Of a stretch of DNA of 64,000 nucleotides, positions 47,490-60,228 are shown piece after piece. Below the pieces are notes generated by a model that worked only from the letters and a program-made list of their open reading frames with translations, did no database searches and was not told where the DNA came from. The DNA lies in NCBI GenBank assembly GCA_013239625.1, contig MU055269.1, forward strand, positions 3,535,225 through 3,599,224. The letters are read 5' to 3'. Position numbers and translations under genes: made by a program. The DNA comes from Lama guanicoe. Lineage: Eukaryota. How positions within the stretch are numbered: position 1 is the first letter of the stretch; every line of letters begins with the position of its first letter.

Positions 47490-49845
47490 TTAAAATTTTG
47501 TATTTAAGTAATGGTAGATTCACAAGAAGTTGCCCAAAAATGTACAGCGGGGGGAGGGGACCCACTGAACCCTCCCCACCTTCCCTCCAGAACAGGAAAC
47601 TGACATGGGCACAAGTTACAGACGCTCCTCAGATGGTGCCAGTTTTACAGGCACGTATCTGTGTGCGCGCGTGTGTGCTCAGCGCTTGCTCACGTGCAGG
47701 CTCACGGACCCACCGACCCTGAGAGGAACTTCCCCGTCACGAGGTCCCCTCACACTGGCCCTTTATCTCCGCAGCCACCCGCTTCCTGCCCGCCACCTGT
47801 CGCCCGTGCACCTCGCGTTTGTTCCCACATGTGCGGTTTTGTTATTCCTCACAAAGGGAGTCACGTGGTGTGTGACTTCTGAGATGGGCTTCACCTCCCC
47901 CGCGTCTCTCCTGCGGGCCACTGGGCTGTCGCTGTGTCGGCAGCCTGTACCCTCGACTGGGGGGTGGTCCTCCCCGGTGTGGACGGATAGCGATAGATTC
48001 ACAAGAAGCTGCCAAAACATGTCTGCGGGAGGGGCCCCACGGAACCCTCACCACATGCCCCCCAGCATAGGAAGCCGGCACTGGGACAACTTACAGAACA
48101 AAACGCACTGAGGACACCTGGCTGTTGCCCCGTTCTTTGACCACCGTGGACAAGGCTGCTGCAAACGCTGCACACGTGAAGGTTCACTTTGGGCTTTGGT
48201 GAGCGGAGGTTTCGTTTTTTGGAGTCAAGGCCCCGAAGGGCAGTTGCCACGTCACAGAGGAAGCGCGAGCTTAGTTCTTAAGACCACCCAGCCCTCTGAG
48301 CTTCTCCGTCACCTTGCCTTCCCACTGGCAGCACGGGAACGGGCACGCTTGCCTCCGCTGGTCTGGCAGGTGTGCCTAGGCGCTCTGCGTGGCTGCGACG
48401 TGCCTACCTGCTGGCCAGCGACGCTGAGCTCGTCGTGGGGGCGTCTCCGTCACCGCCTGCGCGTCCTCCGTGGGGAAACGTCTCTCCGTGGTCTCTGCCC
48501 GTGTTCCAGTTTCCGCTTGCTTTGTCTCGCCTTGTTTTCCACACTCGGGTCCGAGGCCTTTATTCGTTCCAGAGGCGCGTCCGTGGACGGGTGTGTAGTT
48601 TGCAGGTATTTCCTGCCGGTCTGTGGCTTTCTTTGCAGCCTCTTACTAGGATCTTGAGGTGAAAACCCTGTTTAGCTTTGATGATTGTTTGCTCTTCCTT
48701 TCACAGGTTGTGCTGTTTGGGGTTAAACCTAAGAATTTTACCCAGCCCAAGGCCCTAAAGGGCTCTTCTTTTCTTACGGAAGGTTTATAGGGTTGTGTTT
48801 ACATTGAAGTCCACATCCATTTGTAGCTAATTCTTTGCACAAGGTGTGAAACTTGGGTCTGGGTTTGTTTTGTCCTCTTGAAGCTCTAACTGCTCCTGCG
48901 CCGTCCCCTGAAAGGCACGTTTGTGCTTCTGAACACACTGGTGTGGGTCTTTCCTGGGTTCTCTGTTCTCATCAGTCCCACACTGTCTGCACGGCTGCTC
49001 CTCTGTGAGCCTTGGAATACCCAGCGGTTCCTCCCACTTGCCCTTCTCCACCAAGTTGTCGCAGCCCGTCTAGGCCTGTGTCTTCCCGCGTAAGTGTCAG
49101 AGTGCGCGCGTCTGCGCCTGCGGGAAGGCTCGCTGGACAGCTGGTCGGAATCGCGTTGGACCTGAGAATCAACTTGGGGAGAATTAGCAAGTCTGCCACG
49201 TCGAACCTTCCAACCCACAAACATGACTTTAGGCCTGTTTTTATTATTTTTCTTCTTACTATTCATAGGAAGGTCTTTAAATTTTTTGACTTCATTTTTT
49301 ATTTTCAGGGTCGTAAACCTTAGCGTTCAGCTTTCTTTGCGTCAGTTGTGACCGGAATTGTGTTTTCAGTTCAGCTGTCCACGTGTGCTCGCCGTCAGTG
49401 TGCGGACGTGTGCTGACTTCATCCTGTGAGGCTGATGAACCTCGTACCAGCTCCAGGAGTCTGCTGCCGATTTCCGGGGCTTCGTGTCGATAGTCGATGT
49501 CACCTGCAAGTCGGGGCTTCTCATGTCTTCCTTCCTGGCACCTGTGCCTTTTACCCCTTTCCTTGCTTTGCTGCGCTGGTGAGCCCGCGTGCCGTGCTAG
49601 GCGAAGTGACGGGCGCGGGGCCCTCGTTGTGCCCCCGGGCTCTGGGCAGCGCGTTCGGCCTTCCCCGGTTGCGTCTGTGAGCAGCAGGGTTTTGCAGGAG
49701 CCTGCTGAGTTGAGGAAGCTCCCTCTACTCCTGCTTTGCCGAGGGTGCCCGTCACTTCCAGGAGTGACACTTCGCCAAGCGCTTGTTCTCGTGAGCTGAC
49801 AGGATCGTATGATTGTCCTTCTTTAGGTATTGATATGCTGGGTCG
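47490..49845 (-). mobile_element. Nested L1 3' fragment (L1MB-like: 3' UTR plus ORF2 C-terminus) inserted into the older L1; boundaries approximate
   Basis: TAGATTCACAAGAAGTTGC terminus. Minus-strand peptide ILPKLILRSNAIPT (ORF 48972-49220) is L1 ORF2-like. The host L1 sequence resumes at ~49850. Confidence 0.7.
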
Positions 49846-49943
49846 CATTCGCTTTCATTTTTGAGAGATCTTTTGTGGCTATTGAATTCTCAGTTCACAT
49901 TTTTATTTATTTCCTTTAGGTGCTTTTTTTAATCAAAGCCCAC

Positions 49944-50078
49944 TTTTTTTCCCCTTTTGTTTTATGAGGGGGAGGGGATTGGGTTCATTTGTTTATTTCT
50001 ATTTGGAGGAGGTGCTGGGCTTGGACCCCGGACTTCGTGCGTGCTGAGCACGTGCTCCCGTGCTGAGCTGTGCCCTCC
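49944..50078 (-). mobile_element. tRNA-derived SINE (Vic-1-like), more diverged copy
   Basis: Reverse complement reads GGAGGGCACAGCTCAGCACGGGAGCACGTGCTCAGCACGCACGAAGTCCGGGGTCCAAGCCCAGCACCTCC followed by an A-rich tail; same layout as the other two copies. Confidence 0.8.
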
Positions 50079-52329
50079 TGCTGTTCTTCAAGTTCTTTAA
50101 AGACGCTGCGTGACTGTCTGCCGGTTGCACTGCTGCTGGTAGGAGTCCAGCCGTCACCCTCACCTTTGCTCTTTCATACACAATGTGTGTTTTTCCCCTG
50201 CCTGCTTTTACGATCTTCCCTCTTGTCACTAGCTTTAAGCGCTTTGTGTAACTGGGTGTAAATTTCCCCACATCTCTGGTGCTTGGGGTTGGAGCCTCAT
50301 GGATCTGTGGGTTTATGGTTTTCAGCAAATGTGGAAAATTTCAGCCATGGTCTCTTCCAGGGTTTCTGCTGCTCCCTCAGCCGCTCCAGCTCCACGGTCT
50401 GAGGGTGTGTGGAGCTGGCCCACCACTCGCTGAGGCTCTGTTTTCAGACTTCTCCTCTGTTCATTTCATATCGTTTCTAGTGCTACGTCTTCCACAGCGT
50501 CCAGTCTGCTCTTAACCTGGCGTGCCCTCGGTTCCAGCAGCGTCACTCGGCGCTGGAAGCTCGGCGTAGGGGTTTAGAGAAGATCCTCCACGTTCAGCTG
50601 TTCCTCCGACTTCTTGAACGTGTGGCGATGACAGCTGCAGTCACCTCGTCTGCCAATTCCATCATCTGTTTAATTTTCAGTTGATTCCACTGATTGATTT
50701 TTCACCTTATCATGGGGGTGTTCCCCCGCTTTTCTGCGCAGTCAGATGCCAAGACGCTGTGAAGTTCACCTCACTGAGTGCTGGGTGTGTTCCCCTCATG
50801 AAAGCTTGAGCTGTGTTTGGGATGCAGTTAGTCACGCAGAGAGTTTTGACCCTTTTGGGTCGTCCCGGTTTTTTAACCTAGTTCCGTGGGACCAGGACAG
50901 CCGTCTTTGGCTGATGTTTCCCACTGCTAAGGCAAACCCCCCTGAGGACGCTCCCGATGCCCCGTGGAGCATGAGGTTTTCCACCGTGGGGCCGCCTCGT
51001 GTGAGGTCCCGGCACCTCTTCCTGGGTTTTGGGGGCGGCTCTTTACCGGACCTCTGTGCCCTGCACGCCCAGCCCGTCGTCACCTGCGCCGGGGCGCGGC
51101 AAGGCAGCCCCAGCGCGCAGCTGGTCTGCTGCCCCCGCCTCGGGGTCGCCACTCTTCCCCGCCTGCCGTCTGATGTCTAACACATGCTTCATGTATTTCT
51201 CCTATTTTTCACTCTTATTGGTGGGCGGGAAAACCTGGCCCCTGTTAGTCCATCTTGGCTGAAAGCAGAATTTCTGATGCTTGATTTTTCAAAGCTCCTT
51301 CACTCGGCCAAATTTGAGTCAGAGAAGTAGTCAGTCTTCCATTTTCCTTGCGTTTTGTATCTCAGAACAATAATGTTATTCACATCGAAACTGCACATCT
51401 AGACAGAGAGCGGCTGGGGTGACCAGATCCGCCTGGGGCTCCACATAATTTTAATCGGAACGGAAAGCGTCAAACAGAGGCTGAAAAACAGCTTTAGCTG
51501 CCAAATATGCTTTTTACCTGGAGGAAGAACAAAAGAGTCGCTCGGAAGAGACAGAGGTTTTCAGTTTCCAAAAAGCAACAGAGAAGGAAAAATGTGTCTG
51601 CGTTCAGGTGGCGTGGGCCCCTTCGCATGGGACACGGCTCTGGTGTCACACTGTCACCGCGACAGGAGGCCGTGCTGGGCTCGCGGCGAGCTGCCCATGT
51701 TTCCCGGCCCGTCGCCCAGCTGTCCTCACCTGGAACGGGCTCAGAGGCTCTCAGGCCACTTCACAGGGACAGCTGCTGTCAGTCCCTTCCCGGATGACAC
51801 GGCCCAGAGTAACCGCGGGCTGACGGCCCGTTAGTTTCACACCCGGGAAGTGAGGTCCGCCGCATTTCAAGGGTGCTGCTACTCTGTGCTTTCCTACTGT
51901 ACCTGGAAAACAGATTAACTGAGGTTCCTTAACCTGGAACTCAGAACAACTGGGCGTTAATGATATTTGGCTGGTTCAAGTTCACTTTTAGACTTTTTAA
52001 TGAGAAAGGGGTTTGCCAAGCAATTTAATCACTTAAATTAAGAATGCAAGTGGTTTTAAGGTCTTTGGGAGCATTCGTTGTTTGCATGCAAATAAGGCTG
52101 CTAATTATGAGATTTTTTTTCTATTCATTGAAGTCAGCCCAGCAGGACTTGGACTTGAAAATATACTATTAGCAATTAGTTCCTGTAACTACATATACTT
52201 GAAAGGAATAAAGTAAATTTTTTAAAAGTGTACCCTCTAATCCAAACTTACCACTAATGTCTACTCACTGCCCTTAACCTAGATAACAACCCATGACTCG
52301 TGTGCTCAGTTCAGCCACAGTTTTCACCG

Positions 52330-52445
52330 TGTTTTCAAGTGTGCTCTGTGTTGTTTCATCCTCAAACCTGCCCTGGGAGGCAGACAAGGAAGTCAGAGCC
52401 CCGACCCACAGAGGGAGTGACTGAGGCCCCGGGGGATCTCAGGGC
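52330..52445 (-). mobile_element. Decayed MIR SINE core
   Basis: TTTCATCCTCAAACCTGCCCTGGGAGGCAG...ACAGAGGGAGTGACTGAGGC resembles the reverse complement of the MIR core. Confidence 0.5.
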
Positions 52446-52513
52446 TAGGGGTCAACCTGTGAGGCAACGGGGCTTTCTCACCGTGCTCGCGCTGTGAGGG
52501 GAGAGAAGCTGGT

Positions 52514-52603
52514 ATCCATCCGTCGTCCGTCCAGCCTTCTGTCCACCTGTCCATCCACCCATCACCCACCCAGCCAGCCAGCCACTGTCCACCCACCCAT
52601 CCC
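52514..52603. repeat. Degenerate (CCAT/CCAC/CCAG)n tetranucleotide repeat
   Basis: Directly visible. Confidence 0.75.
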
Positions 52604-55600
52604 CACTGAGTTGACGTGTCTGGCATCTCACCACACAGTGATGTCACAGCAGAGTTTGTGACAGCCCAGCAAGGCCCCGGTGCCCAGGGCTGGGGCAGGG
52701 GACCCTGAGGGCAGCTCTGCTTGTTCAGTTCTGTCCTGACACCTTCACCAACTTCAGTGACCCAGGCCAGCCTGAGGCACAGTCAGTGAGCTGAGGCAGC
52801 TCTGAGCAGCTGCCTGGGGTGGGCGTGGGGCTGACCAGGACGGGAGGGACCAGAACAGCCCGGCATAAAGAGTCAGGCCCTGGCTGTCTCCCTCCTCCCT
52901 CTCACTGGGGCCCCTGGAGTTCTCCGTGCACCCACTCCCCGTGCCTCCCCCACCCAGGTTCCGGGACCCTCCTGCCCTGGGGGTCGGGGCCCCTCCTGTT
53001 GGGCTACATTCGGGTTTCCTTGCGTCTGGTGACTGCAGTTTCCCGGCCGGGGCGGCTGGCCGGGCCGCTGGCTTCCTTCTGCCCCGTGTCCTCCGGCCCT
53101 GCCTGTCACCGGGCCCCCGTCCTGGACGCAGGTGACGGATGCCGCGTGCCCCCCTCGCCTGGATTTCCTGATTATTCTTGGAGCCAGAGCAAAGCACATG
53201 ATGGAGACGACGCCTCGGGGTCCCGCTGACCTCACTGCCCCTGCCGGGAACCTCGCTGTGGTCCGGCCGGCCGGCCGCAGGGGAGAGGCCTGGGGGAGGG
53301 GTGTGCCACACTGGCGACTCCATCAGGCTGCATGTGGGGGATGCGAGTGCCTGGCTGAAGGGCCGTGGCCTTGAGGTTGAGCGAGGAGGGGACCGAGTCG
53401 CCAGTGATGACACTTGAACTGTTCTCTGCCTGCCGTTCACGACACCCTGGACGCTGTGTGCAGGCACCCGAGCCTGACATGGGGAGGTGAGACGTGTTCA
53501 GAGCTGGCCCAGCACGGCCCTGTGGGGACAGCACGGGCTCTGAGTAGGGACTTGGGAGTCTTCAATCCTCGCACACCAGGCCGCTCCGTGGCGTCCTGGC
53601 TGTGTCTCCACCTCAGGTCCCCCACCTGGCCTGTGGCTCCCAGGGACCTGCTCGGGGCCCATCACCCCCTGGGGCTGGGATGAAGGCAAGGCGGGGGGCC
53701 CCCAGCCCTCGTGCTGCCTGCCCAGCCAGGCCAGCCTCCAGGGCAGTGGGTAAGTTGTCACCACATCGATTCCAGGTCTCCAGGTGGGCAAATCCAGGTC
53801 TGGGCTCGGTCTTGTGTCTCCCGTGGACGCCGGCTGCGTGGAAGCCGGGTGGAAATCTGCACCATCCACGGAATGCTCCTAACAGGCTGCAGCCACAGGT
53901 CCCCCACCACACCCCCGGCGTTCCAGGATGGAAGGTGGAGGGAACCAGCAAGCCCGCGGGTGCCAGGCGGGTGGTCGCAGAGCTGCGGGAGGCCCGCCTG
54001 CGCCCGGCACTCGACTTGAGGTTTGAGACGAGCGAGCTGCGCACGCGCTGGGGGTGGTGGGCTAGGGTACATTTGAGGGAAACCTCCAACAAAAGAGGTT
54101 TTAACCCCATTAACCAGATCATTTAATTCCTGATTATTCCATTAACCAAAAACTTCTGGATTAGGTTTCGATGGGCTTGCGGTGAAACCCCAGGCAGTGT
54201 CTCTTCACTGAGGAGGAGCGGGGGGCCTGCCCCCGGGGGCGGTGGAGCCGCCTGCTCGCTGACTGGGCCCGGGGTTGGCGTGGCCCCAGCCGCGAGGGGC
54301 GAGGGGGACAGGACCAGCCCTTGGACCAGAGCTGGGCAGGTGGGCCCGGAGAGCGGAGCCGGGCGTGGGCGGCAAGAAGCCACTCAGCAGAGAGGCAGCA
54401 AGGTTGGGCTTCAGTCCCTAAGCAGGGTGCCCTCTGGCTGTGGATGACAGTCAGCACCAGCCTCGCACTGTCCGGGTCAAAGGGCGCGTCCCTGCCGCTG
54501 TGCCCCTTAGACCCTCTGGCTCCAGGACAACCGTCTGGTTTTATTCTCCACTTCTCTCCATAAAGAATTCCTCACCCCTGGCTCGGGGCCTGGCAGCCGA
54601 GGCCTGGGGCTGGCCCCCGGAGATGACACGCGGGGTCCCGGGCACCGGCTAAGCCCCTGTATCTGGTGTCCCTGGTGCTGCTCACCGTGGCTGTGTCCTG
54701 CGGGGGTCTGAGCGCTGGACTAGGCGTTATTACAAAGGAAAATGTACATGGCCCTGCCCTCAGGGAGCCCCCGAGAAGTAGAGGAGAGTGGGCCGCCTAA
54801 GGGAAGGTGGGCACATGCGCTCCTGGCCACATGCTGACCATGTGGATCCCTGCTCGTGCATGTGGGGAGTTACGGCCACAGCGAGCGAGGCTCCGGGCCC
54901 ACCAGCCTGCCTCCCAGCACACAGCATCGCGGACAACGCAGCTCCCACAGGCTGGTACAAAGCAATGTTTTTTTTCCCCTGCGATGTTTAAAAGACACAC
55001 CCTTTCCCTGGCCCCTGCTCTCGCTAGCCTGGCGCCCTGCCAGGCTGCACCAGCCTCACCCCTGTCTGGGGGCCTTCGAGATGCCAGCCTTTTGTCATAG
55101 TGCTCAAACACGAGCCCCCCTCCCGCCCGAGGGGTCACACCATCTGGGCAGAGGCCTCATGTGATTCCCCGGGGCAGCTGTGTGCTGGGGGGGGGTGACG
55201 CACCTGGACCTGGTGGAGGCGGGGAGCCCGGGGCAGCAGGGGTGGGAGCCCGACTTACCAGAAGACTTGGGAGAACCTGGCATCAGGGTGCTTCAGGCCA
55301 GACATGGGGGGGAACCCCTGACACACGGGGGCCTGGGCCTGAGGCCACGATCAAGACACATGACGCGAGTGCCTGCCTGCGGCTGGTGGCCGGGCTTTGA
55401 CAGGACGGTGACGTCCTCCCTCGGGGCTCCTCGCAGGCGAGGCCCAGCTAGACCCCTCGTTGCGCGCTTTATTCCTCAGACCCGGGGTGTTGTCTCCTGT
55501 CTCCTGTCTTGGTGGGTGAGCAACGCTGTTCTACACTGAGGCTGTGGTTTGCAAAGCAGCTTCCCGTCACTTGTGGCCGGGTCCTTGGCTGAGGTGCGTT

Positions 55601-58600
55601 CTGTCGCAGGCCTCCCGAGGCCAAGCCCTGCTTTGCCTCAGATACAGACTTAGGGAACTGAAGCCCTGGGAGCCCGCTGTCTCAACTGGGAGCCCTGCCG
55701 CAGAGGCTTCCAGGGCTCCGTGAGCCTGGGTGTGGCGCGGTAGACACAGAAGCTGAAGGAGACAAGGACTCTCCCTCCCGCAAACGGACTCTTGGCCTCC
55801 CTTCGCCTCATCGCCTGCCACCAGCTGCACACATATATGTCTTCGGTCCACACCGGGCCACCAGCAGCGACGCAGCGGATCGTGCCCTCTGGGCTGGGAC
55901 ACGGCGGCCGAGGAGGGGTGGGGACGTGCCAAAGCCAGGCAGCGGGGTTCCTGAGAATCAGAGTAACTCATCCACCAGCTTCACTCTGCTGCGGAGGAAG
56001 GCAGGCCCAGAAGGAGCTCGCGATTTGCACTCACCCAGCGACAGGCCCCCACACTGGGGCCTTCACGAAGCCCCTCCCAGGTCGGCCCAGGTGGGTGTGG
56101 CCAAACAGGGGCGGTGGGGGGCAGGGGGCGCGGGGAGAAGACTGGCTCAGGGATGCCCGGACCCTCAGGGATCCCCGACCTGCCCCGGGTCGCATCTGTG
56201 TCCAAACACCCCTTCTTACAAGGACACCACTCGCGCTGCGTGAGGCCTCCCTGCTCCAGCCTCAACTTGGCCAATCACGGCTCAGAGCCTCAGGCCCGGG
56301 GGGACCTCAGCACCTGATCCAGAGGCTCCCTGGGGGATGGCGTCCAAGGCCCCCAGGGCTCCGTCCACGCCGGTGGACACCCAGACCCGGGCTGCCCCTT
56401 CCCCTCCTCTGTCCTGGACAGAACTTTACTCTGTTCTTGGTGACCGTCTTGGTAAGAAGACTGAAGTCACCATGGGGTGATCGATGCCAGGCCTGGTTAC
56501 ACAGCAGATAATCGAACACAAGTGTGTTCTTCTGCGTGACCACCCCCCAAACCCTCAGTCAACCTGAGGAGAGTCAGCAGTGGGCAGGACATCTCAAGAA
56601 AGTACGGATGGAATTCAGCCCTGTCGCTGGGGCCTGGGGGCCGCATGGGGCCTGGGGGCTGCCCTGAGCCGGGGGGCCCAGCCTGTGCATCCTCCCCCCA
56701 CCCCCAGCTTCAGCAGGAGGATTCAGAGGCCGAGCCAGTGGGGACGTGTGCTCCGTGTTCTCACACGGGTTCTGGGCTGGAAGGCACAGGGAGCGTCTCT
56801 GAATTTCCGGTCCCTCAGCCCTTCCCTCTGGCTCTGGGGCTGGCAGCCGGCCGTCCCCAGTCTCCTGAGGCTCAGCGGAGCGGCTGGACGTGGCCCTGCT
56901 GCTTTTGTTCTCAACCCTCCGGTTTCCCGCTCCCCAAACACCAGGGCCTCCATGTCCACCAGAGCCACACAGATCTGCCCTCCGCGGTCCGGAGACAGGC
57001 AGCTCCCACAGGGCCCAGCAGCCCCCACCGCTCCCGGGGAGGAGAGGCCTGGGAAGGCTGGGCTCCTGCCTGGCAGTGGAGAACGTGGAAGACCCCCCAC
57101 CAGCTTCACATGCTGATCCACGGCCCACGCAGAGGGCTGTGTCTCCCAGAGGGAACCCTGCTCCTTGGGCTGCGCTGCTCCACCGCGGCTCCCCGAGCAC
57201 CCACACCGCAGGCGGCAGGTTCATGACTCAGGCGGGAGGAATGTGTTCTTTGGCACCTGCCTCCGAGGAGCTGGAGTTGGCACCCACGTTGGACGCTCTC
57301 TCTGAACACGTGTGCATCCAGGCGAGGAGGCTCTGCTGCAGTCACCTCGTCATGGCGGGGGTGGGGGGGCACGGTGCTGCAGGAGCCACGGGGGTCCCAG
57401 GTGGGCCCCGAGCCCCCCGGCCCCTGGGGACCTGACTCTCCTGTTTGGTGGAGGAGTTGCTTTTATAGGATTAACAGCAACACCTCCGCTGGGAAGGAGG
57501 GAGAAACATGGAAATTCATAGTAATTTCGCCAAAGGCCATTTGGGTTTTTGTCTTGTGACCTTAAAATTAGGAAATGAGGCACCAAATCTACCTCCGCTG
57601 TTTGGCGAGGCAGAGTTTCAGCGGTCACACCCAGGGAGACACCTTCGCGGCTGAGACCAGCGCCACGTGGGGCGTTGGCTCCGTGACTCATGTGCACGGG
57701 CACCACCTGCTGACTCACCGAGTCTGCGCCCCGCGCCTGCCCAGCCGTGGGAAACTGGCTTCTCCCGAGGCTGGCCTGGCCTGACCCTCTTCCCACCCAG
57801 ACGCAGGAGCACCTGGGGGCCGACTGCCTTGGTCCTGGTCTCCTGTGCTGGGGGCTCGATGCCTAACGCAGTGTCACTGATCGCTGAGCGAGTGCACAGA
57901 CAAATAAACTACCAAGGGAACGAATATGAATGAGAAATCGCCACGAGGAGCTGACTGGGACAAAGAGGGCTGGGGGCCTGGTCCAGGCGCGTTTACGCGG
58001 AGGGGAGCCCGTTGGCCTGTTTCCCATGTTCACTGGTGATAGTGTCTTTCCCTCACTCAGTCTTGTGAGGGACGACACCCTGGAGTCTGCGGCAGGTCGA
58101 GGCCCTGCACAAGGACGTGAGTCAGGGCTTGTGTCCCCAAGCCACCTCTTGTCCCTTTCTGTTCCCCCAGGGCCTCCGCTCTGTCCCCACCCCAAATATC
58201 CAGATCTCTCAGACCGATGGCGTCCCAGGTGCTGCTGCTGCAAAGAGCTGCTGGATTTCAAGACCAAGCTTACTACCGACCCCCCTCGCTCGCGCACGGA
58301 AGCTGGTGCGAGCATCCTCGCCCCTGAGCCCAGGCCACCCCAAACCTGGCGCTCCAGGATCCACTGCCCGTCAGTCCCGTGAAGACACCTGGGGTGAGGC
58401 TCCGCTTTAAGCAGGTGACTTGAACGTGCTGATGGGGGCTCTCAAGCCCCGCCAGGGCTGTCTGTCCCAGCCTCCTTGAAAGCACGCCATCCCAGGGACC
58501 TTACTTCACATTCGAGGACCCTCAGAAACTCCAACGTCAGCTTCCTTTGCTGGCTCAGTAGGTGGGTCTCCAGACTGTAATCATCTTATTCGAATGTAAG

Positions 58601-60197
58601 CACAGCTGCCTCCTCGGTTGAGGCGGAAGACAGTTCTGCCGAGCTCGGCGGCTGCTCACCGTTGCAGAGGGAACTGAAGACCGAACGGGGCCATTTCTTC
58701 CCCAGCGGCTGTCAGTCATTTTCATGCGTCTGTACGGTTTGGCTTTGGAGACGCCGGTGAGGAGCCACCAAGAGTCCAAACAGTCTCCGGCCACATTCAG
58801 CCATGAGTCCCTGGCTGGCCAGGTGGACGGAACCATCTTCACGGCCCTTCAGGAGGTGCTGGGTTTACCCCGGAAGACCGGTGGTCCCCGTGGAAGAGCT
58901 GGGTGTCTGCTGGGGCAGAGCCAAGGCCCCTCCTCCCACACCCCAAAAAGTTACTACCGATGGCACGTCACTCAATCCCCAGTGAGATTCTCTGAGAAAC
59001 CCAGGAGTGTTGGAACCGCTGTTCACACCACACCTTGTTTATCTCCTGAGTGGTAGGTGCAAAGCACATTTCAGGACACTTGGTGCTGATGTAAACGGAG
59101 AAGCTTCCGGTTGGGTCCCAGCTCTTGAATCGACAGTTCTTTTGAAGTTGCCGTGGGGTGGGAGTGCATGGGGGCTTCCTTGTTGGAGCCCTGCCGCTCC
59201 AGGCTTCCTCCTCCTCCTCCCGCTTTCCCTTCCTTCTCTCTCCTCCTCCTCTTTTGCTGCAGAAAAGGCTGCATTGCTTCACCTGGTCCTGGGCTTGAAA
59301 GGCCTCTGGCTGGAGGGAGAGTGTCAGGCAGCGGCCGAGTCCTGGGCTGGGGAAGCTCCCGGCCCGGTCACCGGGGGGTAGCCAGGGGGTTGCTGTCTCC
59401 TGGAAGAGCCTTCCCTCCTGGTTCGGTGGTGGATTCGAGAAGTCGCGGAGGTGGGGTTTGCAGGCAGAACCAGGTGTGCTGATCAGCGCGGGGCCTGGGG
59501 TCTCCAGGGTGAAACTCCATCACCCAGAGACAGCAACCCACCTGGGGGGAGCGCTCGAGGGAGGACCGGCCTACACCTCACAGGGCCCAGAGAGGGGGGC
59601 AAGGAGGCCCCGAGGGCGCAGGCTGACCACTGACCACAGCTGGTTCTAGAGGCCAGGAGGACGCCCCAGAGGCTGTGCCTGGTGGGGTGGCGGGCAGGAT
59701 CCTCAGGAGACAGCTGTGACCCCAGTGCCAGGGTGTGCAACTCTTCGAACCAGATCCACTTTCTCTCCCCCGACGGCACTGGGGCCACGGCTCTCCCCCT
59801 GCCCAGTCGTGGGCTGCATGGTCCCCTTGCGAGTCTCATGGGCTGGGCCTCCCTTCTCTCTCCTGCCTGACTCTCCTCAGGGGTCAGGCTATGCTGTGGC
59901 TGTTTCTTCCAAACAATTTCCTGCAGCTCAGAACTGGGGACCTTTTTGTAAGTTAGAGACTTTATTTCACATGGGAAAAAACTGAACACCTTAGAGTTCC
60001 CTGAGAAGCGGACTGAAATCACCTGGAGAATTTGAAAGTGTGACAAGAAATGGGGTGCAGCCCTGGCCCAAAGGGGTGCTCAGTCTAGTTGCATCTTCTG
60101 GTTAGCTCGTGATGACTGGAGAGCCTTTTTCCTTTTAAATCCTGTTTTAAAATCTTCATAAAATTATATCTATTATCCTCAGTAAGTAGACGAAAGC

Positions 60198-60228
60198 AAA
60201 AAAAAAAAAAGAGAGAGAGAGAGAGAGA
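60198..60228. repeat. A13(GA)9 compound microsatellite
   Basis: Directly visible. Confidence 0.95.

Larger units (their letters stand above)
45520..51282 (-). mobile_element. Ancient LINE-1 with its 5' end at ~51282, extending through ORF1 into ORF2 endonuclease; interrupted by a nested L1 fragment and two SINEs
   Basis: Minus-strand 5' end TTCTGCTTTCAGCCAAGATGGACTAACAGGG (51240-51280). ORF1-like GGATCTGTGGGTTTATGGTTTTCAGCAAATGTGGAAAATTTCAGCCAT (~50301). ORF2-like TTATCTTTTATTGATCTTTTCGAAGAAC (~46041). T-rich + strand. Confidence 0.82.
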
